A DNA stretch of 64,000 bases from Narcine bancroftii. Taxonomy: Eukaryota. The stretch spans positions 183,768,001 to 183,832,000 of the forward strand of contig NC_091473.1 in NCBI RefSeq assembly GCF_036971445.1, in the 5' to 3' direction. The notes beneath the pieces were generated by a model, which saw only the letters and a list, made by a program, of their open reading frames with translations, did not search any database and was not told where the DNA came from. Position numbers and translations under genes: made by a program. Positions 1 through 12,800 of this stretch are shown piece by piece. Position 1 is the stretch's first letter, and the number at the start of each line of letters is the position of its first letter.

Positions 1-650
1 TACAACACAGAAAATAGAACATCAGGTTAGCCACCAAGTGCAAGATGTACAAGGTATTTGTCTTATCGGCCTTGTATTTGGATGTGAGACGTGGTGCCCT
101 TATCAGTCACCTATGTCAGCTTGACCAACTGCAGCAGCATCACCTATGTTCTCTGATGAAGATCACCTGGCGAGACAAGGTCTCCAATATCGAGGTCCTT
201 TCTCGAGGCAGAATGCCAACCTTGGTGATGTCAGTCCAACCACACTGGGCAAGACATGTTATCAGAATACCTGATGGAGGACTGCCCAAGGGCATCTTGC
301 ACAGCCAACTGTCCAGTGGTACCCGACAATGAGGCGGCCAGCGACTACGGTACAAGAAGCCTTAAGAAAACTGACATTACCCCATCAACATGGGAGGATC
401 TGAGGCTCAAGATCACTGGCAGTGGAGGGATGCCATCAGAAAAGGTGTTGACTCTGCTGAGAACATGCTCAAAGACAAGAGGAAAGGCACAGGAAGGGCC
501 ACAACAGAGTTTTTGCCCCTACTGCCCCTTCGGGCCTCACCCTGCCAAGTATGTGGCAACCAGCGCTTGCCAAGGATCAGCCTGTATGGCCACTCCAGGA
601 CGCACATATGAAATCCCACAAACTGACTGAAAGGAACCATCATCATCCTG
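1..650 (+). mobile_element. Degraded RTE-clade LINE 3' fragment
   Basis: Frameshifted peptides ITWRDKVSNIEVL, HWARHVIRIPDGGLPKGILHSQL and C-terminal CQVCGNQRLPRISLYGHSRTH resemble the RTE C-terminus seen in the younger copies at 34537 and 38372. Confidence 0.7.
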
Positions 651-1039
651 CATGTTACACTAATTATGCCATGCCTTTTTACGTCGTGGAAAATACCGCT
701 GCTCTGATTGCCATCGGTCTGCCGGCGTTACATTACCCACCTTATTTATGGCCTCTCAGTATCCCTGCAGTCTTTTATTCCTCAGCTGACACACTGAAAG
801 TTCGTCTCCTCCCAAACCCCACCTCACTCTCTGAGGGCGCAAACCTGCACTTTTCCGTGGCACGCTTCCGTGATCTGGACGCCGTTTGGGTGAGGCAATC
901 CTTGAGGCAATGACTGAGAAGTCAACTTCTGACCTAGCCCTTCAGCAAAACACAAGTTATTATCCTTCAGTTAATGCATGGGAGGGAGGATTTGACCTTG
1001 ACCCCAGTCATCTGCCTAATGGACAGGTTCACCTTTCTT

Positions 1040-1720
1040 TATTCTCTGGACAACAAACAAAGGTTTGTCCTTGAACCCAGTTCTCCAGCCAATGTCCAGG
1101 TTAAGGTTTTAATCCAGTTCTCTGCCCAACAATTTGACCTTGAACCCAGTTCTCTGGCCAACAATTTCACCTTGAACCAGTTCTCTGGCCAACAATTTGA
1201 CCTTGAACCAGTTCTCTGGCCAACAATTTCACCTTGAACCCAGTTCTCTGGCCACCAATTTGATCTTGAACCCAGTTATCCAGCCAGTTCAGGTTAACCT
1301 TTCAACACATTTTCTGGCCAACGATTTGACCTCAAACCCAGCTCTCCAACAAACAATTTGGCCTTCAACCCAGTTCTCTGGTCAATGCCAGAGAAGCTAA
1401 TTTTCTGGCCAAGTTACCCAGAGTTGACCTTGAACTCAATCCTCCAATCAATGCCCTGCACCAGCCAATGCCATGGAGAATAACCTAGTCCAGGAGGGGG
1501 ACAATGCCTAGATTACTCTTCTGCCAATTCCCAGGAGGTGGGCATTCAACCCAGTTTGAATGCCCAGAAGATTGAGCCTTTCAGCCAAATCCTCAGATTA
1601 ACCTCACCTACTGACCAATGCCCAGGAGCTTCATCTTCAACCCTGTTCCACAGCCAATGACTTCCAAGCCCACCATTTCTTGACCCAAATGTTGGGTATT
1701 TGACCTTTGAACTGAGCCAC
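1040..1720. repeat. Imperfect ~31-32 bp minisatellite (CCTTGAACCCAGTTCTCTGGCCAACAATTTGA-like)
   Basis: Visible tandem units at 1070-1400, decaying towards 1720. Confidence 0.75.
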
Positions 1721-1789
1721 TGATTGGCTAATTCTGCAAAGGTTGGTCTTTTGGCATGGGGGGGTTTGGGATCTTGGGCGTTCAATTCA

Positions 1790-2130
1790 TCCGCCTCCCT
1801 CGCAGAGGAAAGTTTGTTAAAGGTGGCGCCTTATGCCCCAGTGGCCCGACGCCTCCCCCCCCCCCCCCCCTCCCGGGGGCTTCCCGCCCGCGCCCTCACG
1901 CCTTAAATAGCCGGCGGCTTCCGAGTAGCGGGAGCGGCGCCTCGCCCAATTGCCGCGCGCCTGCCCCACCGCGAGACCGCTCGGCGCCCAATGGCACGCC
2001 GCCGGCCTCACAGGAGGCGGAAGGTCCCTTCGAGCCGCCCGGGGTCCTATTTCAAATGCAGGGCCGCGCGTCCGCTGGCGGTTATTATTTTTCCCGCTTT
2101 TCCTCGCCATCACCGCTCTTAAAGGGACAA
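1790..2130. promoter_or_regulatory. CpG-rich promoter-like island with CCAAT, CHR-like and E2F-like motifs; target gene not identified
   Basis: High CpG density; CCAAT at ~1947 and ~1988; TTCAAA (TTTGAA on minus) at ~2051; TTTCCCGC at ~2090. Confidence 0.55.
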
Positions 2131-2689
2131 GCACATTAACTGAAACTTTTTTTTGGGGGGAAAGAAAAGGTTAAAGATCCATAATAAGGAAGGATATAAT
2201 GAGCCAACTTGTCAAAAAAAGATGGCTAACTTAAGGAAGCATTGGAGTCAAGTTCGTGGTAAGATTCCACCCATCCCATAGTCAGAAGCTGCTTAAAAAT
2301 AGTTCCAAAGTTATAATGGTCCATTTATTCACAATTCTGCCAGCCAATCAAAACAAGTCCAGCAGATATTGGTCATTCAGCCCATAGAGCATGGCCCACC
2401 ACTGCATCACCAGCTCCAACAGCAGACTCGATGGCCAAAAGGCCTCCTTCAGTCCTTTTAACCTTGTGAGCAGTGCCCTTGAGTTTGCAGTTGGAACGAC
2501 AGCAGTTGACCTCATGGGCAATGCCGATGCGTCGAACTATAGAGAAAAGGTTGGAGAAGCTTCGCGATAGGTTGCGGGAGGCACAAGTCAAGTCTCGGTG
2601 TGGACAAGGCGAAGAAGAAGATCGCGGACTCCAGGAGGGAGTGGAACACGGTTGTCTGTGGGCGCCGCAACTGCAGTAAAAGCGCACCG

Positions 2690-3250
2690 GAATGCTGGAG
2701 GAACTCGGCCAGTCTCGCAGCGTCCAGAGGAGATAAACATATTTCTGACGTTTTGGGCCTGAGCCCTTCTACAAGGAATCGGTAAAAGAAAATCCCAGGA
2801 GACCTCAGAATTAAGGCAGTGCCGGTGGCTGGGGGAGGAGGCCGACCAACAAAACGTCATCATTGGAGACGATAAAGTGGGGTGGGGGGGGGGGGGTGGG
2901 AGAAGAATGAGAATTAATTTTGTCCATGTGAAAGGGAAAAGAGAGACAGGTCATGGGGGGGGGGAAGAAAAGGGTGGCAAAGGGGGTTGGTTTAATGGAA
3001 ATTGGAGAAGTTGACATTGATGCTGTCCGGTCGGAGAGAGCCTGGATGGAAAACAAGGTGTTCTTCCTCCAGTTTGCGGGTGGTCTCGGCCGTACACAAG
3101 ACCATGGACAAACGTGTCAGAAAGGGAACGGGAAATTGAAAATGGGAGACCCACGCTACTGTGGAGGGCAGAGCTGAGGAACTCAACGGAGCAATCTCCC
3201 AGTCTGCATCCGGTCTCTCCAATGTGGAGGAGACCATAACGGGAGCCCCG
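2690..3250 (-). mobile_element. Penelope-like element 3' fragment
   Basis: Minus-strand peptide RKLEEEHLVFHPGSLRPDSINVNFSNF resembles the Penelope GIY-YIG C-terminus; terminal TGCTGGAGGAACTC...GGGCCTGAGCCCTTC is shared with 15815-16395. Confidence 0.6.
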
Positions 3251-4030
3251 GACTTCAGGAGGACCAGGAACAACTACCCTCCATTTGAGACAGTAGAGAG
3301 CACCAAATTTTTACTCCAACCATAGCGTCTATGCACTGTTTGACCTGCTGAGTTTCTCCAGCATTGTTTGTACTTCAAATTTTCATGTTTTACTTCCACT
3401 TAACTAGTGACCTATTGTCCTATTGTGGACACTCAACATCTCATTTGTCAGAAAGGTGCAACAGCACTTCCTGAGGAGACTGAAGTGGTCACCATTTTCC
3501 CAACCTTCTGCACGGGCTCTATCGAGAGCGTCCTGGCCGGGCTGCATCACAGCGCGGATGCGTTGCTGCAGAGAAATAGATTTTGGTCAATCCACAGGAC
3601 CATAGGAGTGGCAGAGGGGGTCGCTGGAAACTTCTTCCCCCACCCACCCCCCCCCCCCCACAAATGACATGATCTACTGGGACCATTGCCCGAAGAGGGC
3701 ACGCAAAATCATTGAGGACCCCCTTCCACCCCCCAACACAGCTGCTCCGACAGGGAAGAGATCCAGGAGGATCAGAGCCAGCACAACCGGGCTGAAGAAC
3801 AGCTTCTTCCCACAGGCAGTGAGAACGCCAAAGAAATCGCTCGCACTGACCATCTGAGACTCTTATCTTCCCAAAACAATATTTATTTATAAATATGAAA
3901 ACTGCCTATGTATTGTCTGTATGCATGTGCTTTATGTTTGGTTTTTGGTCTGTGTGCTTTTCACTGAGGACCGGAGAACGCTGTTTCGTCGGGCAGTACT
4001 TGTACAATCAGATGACAACAAACTTGACTC
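3250..4030 (+). mobile_element. Rex1/Babar-type LINE 3' fragment (degraded)
   Basis: Peptides TFCTGSIESVL and GKRSRRIRASTTGLKNSFFPQAVR are typical of the Rex1/Babar C-terminus. Confidence 0.6.
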
Positions 4031-4106
4031 GAGATTACCCCACCATTCAATTGCAAGCTGATCCATTTTGCCTGCTCCCTGCCCTAGCTAATCAAGAATT
4101 CATCAG

Positions 4107-4335
4107 GCTGCCCAGTTGGCGTAGTGGTTAGTGCAATGCCTTTACAGCACCAGCGATCGGGACCTGGGTTCAAATCCCGCGCTGTCTGTAAGGAGTTTGT
4201 ACACTCTTACTGTGTCTGCTTGAGTTTTTCCCAGGGGCTGTTTTCCCCCCACCATTCAAAACATAACAGGAGATGGATGTTAATTTGGGCCGAAATGGCC
4301 TGTTACTGTGCTGTATATCTAAATTTAAAAGTTTA
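4107..4335 (+). mobile_element. tRNA-derived V-SINE (HE1-like)
   Basis: A box TGGCGTAGTGG, B box GGTTCAAATCC, then V-domain-like TGTCTGTAAGGAGTTTGTAC; related copy at 15528. Confidence 0.75.
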
Positions 4336-4499
4336 AATCTCTGCCTTAGAAACTCCCAATGACCTGACCTTCACAGCCACCTTTGGCAACAAGTTCCACA
4401 GATTCACCACCATCTGGCTTATTAGGCAGGGGAGTGGGAGAAGGGATCAGCTTGCAATGGAATTGGCAGATCGGACCCGATGGGCTGAATGGCATACTC

Positions 4500-5045
4500 C
4501 TCTGGTGGATGCAGAGTGCATGGACTAACACCACTCGGGGAGGTGGGAGTATCTTCACACTCCTGATCCATGCCTTGCAGATGGGGGAGTGGTGGTGGAA
4601 ATGCGGCAGATGCAGTACATGAACTAACTCCACCCAAAGGAGTGGGGTGTGTTCATTCACCTTTCTGACACCTTTTGACAGGATGGTGGTGGATGCAGAG
4701 TGCATGGACTAACTCCACCCAGGGGAGTGGGGTGTGTTCATTCACCTTCCTGACACCTTGTTGACAGGAAGGGGTGGATGGTGGTGGATGCAGAGTGCAT
4801 GGACTAACTCCACCCTGAGGGGGGTGGCATTCCTCATATTCCTGACCCATGCCTTGTGCATGGAGAGAAATGGGTCAGATGTGGAGTGCACAGACTAATT
4901 CCATCCAGGGGAGTGGGGCATGTTCCCTCACTCTCCTGACCTCTGCCTTGTAAACGGGGGTGGGGGGAAATGTGGAGGATGCAGAGTGCATGAACTAATT
5001 CCGTCCAGGGGAATATTCTCTCCCTCTCCTGACTCGTCCCTTGTA
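4500..5045. repeat. Degenerate ~90-110 bp tandem repeat (GGTGGATGCAGAGTGCATGGACTAACTCCACCC...)
   Basis: About 6 recognisable units. Confidence 0.7.
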
Positions 5046-5348
5046 GACGTGGCAGTCAAGATCCCCAGCCTTTTACGCTCCCTCAGCATTGAGGCTGGTG
5101 CAGCTGAAATTCCAGTCAGAGGTGAACCCTCCCAAGAGATGAAGGGTGGAGGATATGGGGCGATGGGAGGTGGTCAGACCCTCCCATTAGGGATAGTCAT
5201 TGCCTGATGTGAATGTCTCATCACTGAGAAGTCAGTATGCGGAAGATGGAGGAGGTCTTGCTGCTTTATAAAAAGTTTTAACGCAAGAGGTGAAACAAAT
5301 CTTGAGACTTGGAGAGAGCAGTGTGTGACAACCTGGTTATAATTTCTC

Positions 5349-5354
5349 TTTATT
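5349..5354 (-). terminator. Candidate XRCC1 polyadenylation signal (AATAAA on minus strand)
   Basis: First minus-strand AATAAA I found downstream of the XRCC1 stop at 6715. Confidence 0.45.
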
Positions 5355-5629
5355 AAAATAAACACAATGAAAGATGAGGTTGGAGACTTTGACCTCAGCG
5401 GTCAGACGTCCTTAGTGAGAGAGTGTCTGGGATAATTCTGGTCCCAATCACCCCGCTCAAACTCCGAGAACAGGGTGCAGGAAGGACAGGGAGTACAGGA
5501 GGGAGAGCAGGAGGGTTGCATAAGCGAGAGGATGGAGGGAGGTGGGACAGAGAGAATTAGGGGATGGAGGAGTGAAGGAGAAAGGGGGAGGGAATTGGGT
5601 AATGAAGGGCAAGAGAAGGAAGGAAGCGA

Positions 5630-6245
5630 GAGAGAGGGGGAGAGAGGGGGGGAGAGAGAGAGGAGGGGGGAGAGAGAGGGGGGGGCGAGAGGGGGGGGGG
5701 GGCGAGAGGGGGGGGCGAGAGGGGGGGGGCGAGAGGGGGGGGGCGAGAGGGGGGGGGCGAGAGGGGGGGGTGGCGAGAGGGGGGGGGCGAGAGGGGGGGG
5801 CGAGAGGGGGGAGAGGGGGGCGAGAGAGGGGGGGGGCGAGAGAGGGGGGGGCGAGAGAGGGGGGGGGCGAGAGAGGGGGGGGGCGAGAGAGGGGGGGCGA
5901 GAGAGGGGGGGGCGAGAGAGGGGGGGGCGAGAGAGGGGGGGGCGAGAGAGGGGGGGGCGAGAGAGGGGGGGGCGAGAGAGGGGGGGGCGAGAGAGGGGGG
6001 GCGAGAGAGGGGGGGCGAGAGAGGGGGGGCGAGAGAGGGGGGGCGAGAGAGGGGGGGCGAGAGAGGGGGGGCGAGAGAGGGGGGGGCGAGAGAGGGGGGG
6101 GCGAGAGAGGGGGAGGGGGGGGCGAGAGAGGGGGGGGCGAGAGAGGGGGGGCGAGAGAGGGGGGGGCGAGAGAGGGGGGGCGAGAGAGGGGGGGCGAGAG
6201 AGAGAGGGGGCAGGGCGAGAGAGAGAGGGGGCAGGGCGAGAGAGG
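5630..6245. repeat. G/A-rich minisatellite (~14-15 bp, GGGGGGCGAGAGAG)
   Basis: Direct inspection. Confidence 0.9.
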
Positions 6246-6276
6246 AGGGCTGAATGAATGGAGACAGAATGAGGGG

Positions 6277-6625
6277 AAGGGACGGAGGAAGGCGAGGGGA
6301 CGGAGGAAGGCGAGGGGACGGAGGAAGGCGAGGGGACGGAGGAAGGCGAGGGGACGGAGGAAGGCGAGGGGACGGAGGAAGGCGAGGGGACGGAGGAAGG
6401 CGAGGGGACGGAGGAAGGCGAGGGGACGGAGGAAGGCGAGGGGACGGAGGAAGGCGAGGGGACGGAGGAAGGCGAGGGGACGGAGGAAGGCGAGGGGACG
6501 GAGGAAGGCGAGGGGACGGAGGAAGGCGAGGGGACGGAGGAAGGCGAGGGGACGGAGGAAGGCGAGGGGACGGAGGAAGGCGAGGGGACGGAGGAAGGCG
6601 AGGGGACGGAGGAAGGCGAGGGGGA
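6277..6625. repeat. Perfect 18-bp tandem repeat GGGGACGGAGGAAGGCGA (~19 copies)
   Basis: Direct inspection; translates as (RGRRKA)n in the ORF track. Confidence 0.95.
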
Positions 6626-6714
6626 GAGAGAACAGGGAGGGGAGAGCAGAGTAGGGGACAGAGGGAGAGAGGAGGATGGGGTTAGGGGAAAGTGGGTTAG
6701 GAGTGCAGGGTGGT

Positions 6715-6828
6715 CTAGATGCTGGGGACCACGACGAAGGGCTGGTGGGGTACCAGCCTCTGCCTCTCGTTACAGGTGTACACCCAGCGGGGGCGGACGA
6801 AGGCCAGGTTCGAGTTCTCCATCAGCGC
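6715..6828 (-). CDS. XRCC1: XRCC1 exon 17 (terminal)
   Basis: ALMENSNLAFVRPRWVYTCNERQRLVPHQPFVVVPSI*; TAG at 6717-6715. Confidence 0.95.
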   Translation of the reverse strand, partial: ALMENSNLAFVRPRWVYTCNERQRLVPHQPFVVVPSI

Positions 6829-9800
6829 CTGCCGGGGGAGGGGAGCAGACTCAGTGCTCGGATGTGATCGCTCTCCAACCCCACCACCGTGCTAACCCCA
6901 CCTACCACCCAGAACAGGAGTAAGGGTCAGCGAGGAGGAGCAGTGGGGAGGAAAGGGGTGGCTGTGGATGGAGGGGGCAGTGCGGAGGGAGGGGGTAGCC
7001 AAGGCAGGTGGGATAAGCAAGGGGAGAGGGCGCGGCGAGGAGGGTGGAGAGGGGGTGCTGACCTTGACCTTTGTCCCCTCACCTCATCGAATCGGTCGTC
7101 CCAATCCTCAGCGGTGACTACAAAGTTAACACTCTCACTCATGTAGTCCTCCAGGGACCTGCAGAGGGGGAAGCAGAAAGAAGAGAGGGGCCAAATGGCC
7201 TCAGCAACTCTGGCGCGGCAGAGAACAAACCCCATACCCCTACATTCACATCCAGAGACCAGAACTATGTGCGACCCTCCCAGTGTGGTCTCACCCACAT
7301 CCTGCGCAATTGTAACAGGATGTCCCAGCTATTGGACTCAGTGCCCTGACAGATGAAGACGAGTGAGATCAAATGCTTCCTTCCCTGCCCTGTCTACCCG
7401 TGTCCCCCACTCTCAGGGAGCAATGTAACCTGTAGGTGTTCTATCCACACTGTCCCTTCCTCATCACCCTCCCCACTGCCCCTCCACCTGGCTGCCCCCT
7501 CCTACCCCCACTGTCCCTCCCTCCACTTCCACCTATCTCTCCCCCACCACTCAATCCCTCCTCACTGCCCCCTCCCTCCCTCCCATCTCTCCTTCCCCCT
7601 CCTCCCATTTCTCTTCCCCATAATGCCTCCCACCCCCACCTCCTCACCGCCCCCTCCACCACCTTCTTTCTCCCTGCCCGCCTCCCTCCTCACCCATTGA
7701 ACGCGGTGATGTAACGTGTCAACAAGCGATGCTCACTGCCGGGAAACTCTCCATACAGGAGGAAGTGTTTGCCCTGGAAGAGATCTGCAGAAAGGAGATG
7801 GGGAACGGTCAGGCCGGGAGTGGGACTGTGGCACGCGCCAGGCAGTTACGGTTCAGCGGTCCCATCCCAGCATGGATGGACAGACAGCAGGGTGACAATC
7901 TCAGGAGGGGAGTTTAATCAGGCTGGTGTGTGGAGGTTAGAGAGGCAAGGTGAGAGTGGGGATGGGGCTACAGAGGGGTAGGGATAAGGAGGAGGGGGCA
8001 GGATGGAGAGGGGGCGCAGGACGGAGAGGGGAGCTGTGACAGGACGGAGGGGGGAGGGGATAGAGGGGTGAGAGCCAGGACAGAGGGAAGATGGGAAGGC
8101 CAGGACAGAGGGGGAGGGGTGTCAAAACGGAAGGGGGAGGGGGAGAACAGGACAGAGATGGAGGCGGGAGAGTGAGTCAGGACGGAGGGGGGAAAGTGGG
8201 TCGGAACAGAAGAAGAGGGGTCAGGACCGAGGGGAGGTGGGGTCAGGACCGAGGGGAGGTGGGGTCAGGACCGAGGGGAGGTGGGGTCAGGACCGAGGGG
8301 AGGTGGGGTCAGGACCGAGGGGAGGTGGGGTCAGGACCGAGGGGAGGTGGGGTCAGGACCGAGGGGAGGTGGGGTCAGGACCGAGGGGAGGTGGGGTCAG
8401 GACCGAGGGGAGGTGGGGTCAGGACCGAGGGGAGGTGGGGTCAGGACCGAGGGGAGGTGGGGTCAGGACCGAGGGGAGGTGGGGTCAGGACCGAGGGGAG
8501 GTGGGGTCAGGACCGAGGGGAGGTGGGGTCAGGACCGAGGGGAGGTGGGGTCAGGACCGAGGGGAGGTGGGGTCAGGACCGAGGGGAGGTGGGGTCAGGA
8601 CCGAGGGGAGGTGGGGTCAGGACCGAGGGGAGGTGGGGTCAGGACCGAGGGGAGGTGGGGTCAGGACCGAGGGGAGGTGGGGTCAGGACCGAGGGGAGGT
8701 GGGGTCAGGACCGAGGGGAGGTGGGGTCAGGACCGAGGGGAGGTGGGGTCAGGACCGAGGGGAGGTGGGGGTCAGGACCGAGGGGAGGTGGGGTCAGGAC
8801 CGAGGGGAGGTGGGGTCAGGACCGAGGGGAGGTGGGGTCAGGACCGAGGGGAGGTGGGGTCAGGACCGAGGGGAGGTGGGGTCAGGACCGAGGGGAGGTG
8901 GGGTCAGGACCGAGGGGAGGTGGGGTCAGGACCGAGGGGAGGTGGGGTCAGGACCGAGGGGAGGTGGGGTCAGGACCGAGGGGAGGTGGGGTCAGGACCG
9001 AGGGGAGGTGGGGTCAGGACCGAGGGGAGGTGGGGTCAGGACCGAGGGGAGGTGGGGTCAGGACCGAGGGGAGGTGGGGTCAGGACCGAGGGGAGGTGGG
9101 GTCAGGACCGAGGGGAGGTGGGGTCAGGACCGAGGGGAGGTGGGGTCAGGACCGAGGGGAGGTGGGGTCAGGACCGAGGGGAGGTGGGGTCAGGACCGAG
9201 GGGAGGTGGGGTCAGGACCGAGGGGAGGTGGGGTCAGGACCGAGGGGAGGTGGGGTCAGGACCGAGGGGAGGTGGGGTCAGGACCGAGGGGAGGTGGGGT
9301 CAGGACCGAGGGGAGGTGAGGTCAGGACCGAGGGGAGGTGGGGTCAGGACCGAGGGGAGGTGGGGTCAGGACCGAGGGGAGGTGGGGGTCAGGACCGAGG
9401 GGAGGTGGTAGGACGAACAGGGAATCAGGACAGAGGGAGGGGGGCAGAAGGGGGAATCAGAATGGGGGGGGGGGCAGAATTAATGGTGTGGGGGTCGAGA
9501 AACTCACCAGGCAGCTCCGGGATGGGCAGGTCAGGACTGACTCCATCCTCGATGTCAGTGTTCTCGTCGGTGGAGGCTGTGTACGGATCATCATTGTCTC
9601 GGTGGTGAATGTGCTCCTGGACCCTATCCAGAAAGGTCAGAGGTCACTGCAGAGGTTATTATCCCTACTCCCCTCCCTGTCTCTGTAACCACTCTGGTCT
9701 CCTACACCCCTCCATGTTTCTGTAACCCGCTCCAGTCCCCTACACCCCTCCCTGTTTCTGTAACCCGCTCCAGTCCCCTACACCCCTCCCCGTTTCTGTA

Positions 9801-12800
9801 ACCTCCTCGGGTTCCCTACACCCCTTCCTGTCATTCCCTCCACCTCTACCTGTCTCTGTAACCTCCTCCGGTCCCCTACACCCCTCCCTGTCTCTGTAAC
9901 CCCCACTCTGGTCCCCTCCACCCCTCCCTGTCTCTTTAACCCCCTCCAGTCCCCTACACCCCCACTCTCTGTAATGCCCTCCGCTCTCCTACACCCCTCC
10001 CTATCTCTGTAACCCCTCCAGTCCCCTACACCTCTCCCCATCTCTCTGTAACTCCCTCTGATCCCCTCCACCCCTCTGTCTCTATTACCCCCTCCAGTCC
10101 CCACCACCCCTCCCTGTCTCTGTAACCCCCTCCAGTCCCCTCCACCCCTCCCTGTCTCTGTAACCCCCTCCGGTCCCCTACACCCCTCCCTCCCATCCCT
10201 TCCCGCAATCTCCCTATGAGATCGGGTGGGATTCACTCCCCTCCCAACCCCAGGGGATGTGGGATTTTGGGAACATGGCCTGCGTCCCTACCTTTTGATC
10301 TCCTCCTCCGTGTCACAGTCCGAATCCTCATCCACCGCCACCTCGTCGCCTGCTGCAGGGTAGTGTGCGCACAAATGTTACCCCTTCCACAGGCCCAGCA
10401 GGTAGTGCTGCTGCTTCCTCTGCCCTGGAGACCCAGGTTCAATTTCACCCCCATCCCCCACCGCTGGGCAGAGTTTTCAGCCCCTCTCCCTCTGTGACCC
10501 CCTCGCATCCCCCCATCTCCCCCAGATCCCTATGATGCCCAGGGTATCAGTCAGTAAATCAGCCCTGAGAACCGCCCCACAGCATTTGGAACAAGTATAT
10601 TGTACAATGTATATCTGTAACGAACAATCCGACTTGATGAGACAGAGCAGGGAGAGGGAAGTGGTGCAGTGGACTGCAGTAAAAGGTGGGGCTCTGGGGT
10701 ACGTTGTTGAACAGAGAGGCCCCGGGGTACAGGGACATCGTTCCGTGAGAGTGGGGACAAAAGTAGATGGGGCGGGGAAGGGTGTTGTAGAACAGAGAGG
10801 CCCTGGGGTACCGAGACATCGTTCCCTGAGAGTGGGGACCCAGGTAGACGGGACAGGGAAGGTTGTTGTAGAATAGAGAGGCCCCAGGGTATAGGGACAT
10901 CGTTCCCTGAGAGTGGGGACACAGTAGATGGGCCGGGGAAGGGTGTTGTAGAACAGAGAGGCCCCAGGGTACAGGGGCATCGTTCCCTGAGAGTGGGGAC
11001 ACAGGTAGATGGGGCAGGGAAGGTTGTGGTAGAATAGAGAGGCCCCGGGGTACAGGGACATCGTTCCCTGAGAGTGGGGACACAGGTAGACAGGGCGGGG
11101 AAGAAAATGCTTGGCCAGGCTTGCCTTAATTGGTCAGGCTTGCCTTAATTGGTCAGGCTTGCCTTAATTGGTCAGGCTTGCCTTAATTGGTCAGGCTTGC
11201 CTTAATTGGTCAGGCTTGCCTTAATTGGTCAGGGCACTGAGTCCAGGAACTGGGACACCCAGCTACAACTGTACAAGAGACCACACTTGGAGTATCACTA
11301 GCAGTTTTAGTCGACTGGCTGTGGGAAGACATCACTTGGCTGTGGGAAGACATCACTCAGCTGGAAAAGGTGGGGGGAGAAACAGAAAAGATTCAGTGGG
11401 ATGGACCCGGGACTGGAGAGAGGGGCTCGAGCAAGAAGGAGAGGTTGGGTCATTTCTCCCTGGAGTGTTGGACATTGGGGTGGGGAAGAACCATTTTATG
11501 GTTTATACAACTGAAAGGGACATGGATAAGGTGGAGGGTTTCAGGAAAGATTTTAAGGGGAACTTCTCCATATTTTGTTGGGGTGTGGGTCTGTGGAACG
11601 AGGAGATGGGAAAGGCAGGAACATTTATGCCTTTTGGACTAGTCTGGGAATAGGGAAGGTTAAGAGGGAGATGGGCTGAATGCAGGTAAACAAGACCAGC
11701 TCAGGGAGAGAACTGGGCCTGCAAGGAGGAGTTGGGCTAAAGGGCCTGTGCGACCAGCAGGAGTGACAGGGAAGGAAGGTTTCCTGGTTCGTAGCCTTGG
11801 CGGCTGATTGCACCCAGGAACATTCCTACCTGTCCTGTCCTCCTCCGTAGATCCTTCAGAATCCCTGTCCCCCAGGCGGGAAGTGCTGGGAACTTCCTCC
11901 CTCTGCTGAGGCCTGTGGGGATCTGGCAACTCCTTGCGGGGTACCTGCTGGGGGACAGGTGGTCAAAGAGGCTCTCTCACTCCCCATTCAAGGAGAATCG
12001 TTAACGTGGGGGTTAAATGCGGGTGGGGGGGGGGGAGGAAGAGATTGAATGGGGAGTAACAGCCTCCATCTCTGCATCTCCTTACCGCCTTTCCTCTCTC
12101 AGCACTCCCACTTCACTATCACTCACCCCCACACCTGCCCACCACACTATCCCTCCCCCCGCACGCCGTCCTCCCCCCGCACGCCGTCCTCCCCCCGCAC
12201 GCCGTCCTCCCCCCGCACGCCGTCCTCCCCCCGCACGCCGTCCTCCCCCCGCACGCCGTCCTCCCCCCGCACGCCGTCCTCCCCCCGCACGCCGTCCTCC
12301 CCCCGCACGCCGTCCTCCCCCCGCACGCCGTCCTCCCCCCGCACGCCGTCCTCCCCCCGCACGCCGTCCTCCCCCCGCACGCCGTCCTCCCCCCGCACGC
12401 CGTCCTCCCCCCGCACGCCGTCCTCCCCCCGCACGCCGTCCTCCCCCGCACGCCGTCCTCCCCCGCACGCCGTCCTCCCCCCCGCACGCCGTCCTCCCCC
12501 CCGCACGCCGTCCTCCCCCCGCACGCCGTCCTCCCCCCGCACGCCGTCCTCCCCCCGCACGCCGTCCTCCCCCCGCACGCCGTCCTCCCCCCGCACGCCG
12601 TCCTCCCCCCGCACGCCGTCCTCCCCCCGCACGCCGTCCTCCCCCCGCACGCCGTCCTCCCCCCGCACGCCGTCCTCTCCCCCATCTGCCCACCCTCCTC
12701 ACCGCCTCCTCCCTCCTCACCGCCTCTCACCAGAAGTGGGGAGGGGAGCTGGAGAAAGGGAGGGAGGGGGATCGGGAAAGAGAGAGACAGAGGTAGGGGA

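Noticed and set aside
2373-2700. Short helical-looking ORF (MRRTIEKRLEKLRDRLRE)
   Set aside because: No recognisable homology or convincing splice context; adjacent to transposon relics.
4107-4185. tRNA gene (also 15528-15600)
   Set aside because: A/B boxes are followed by a V-domain and tail and occur in several diverged copies, so these are SINE heads.
5475-6685. Long Gly/Arg/Glu-rich ORFs resembling RGG or protamine-like proteins
   Set aside because: Translations of G/A tandem repeats that lack stops in several frames; they lie antisense to the XRCC1 3' region.
8091-9688. ORFs of 360-505 aa
   Set aside because: All three frames are open because the 22-bp repeat has no stop codon; intronic.
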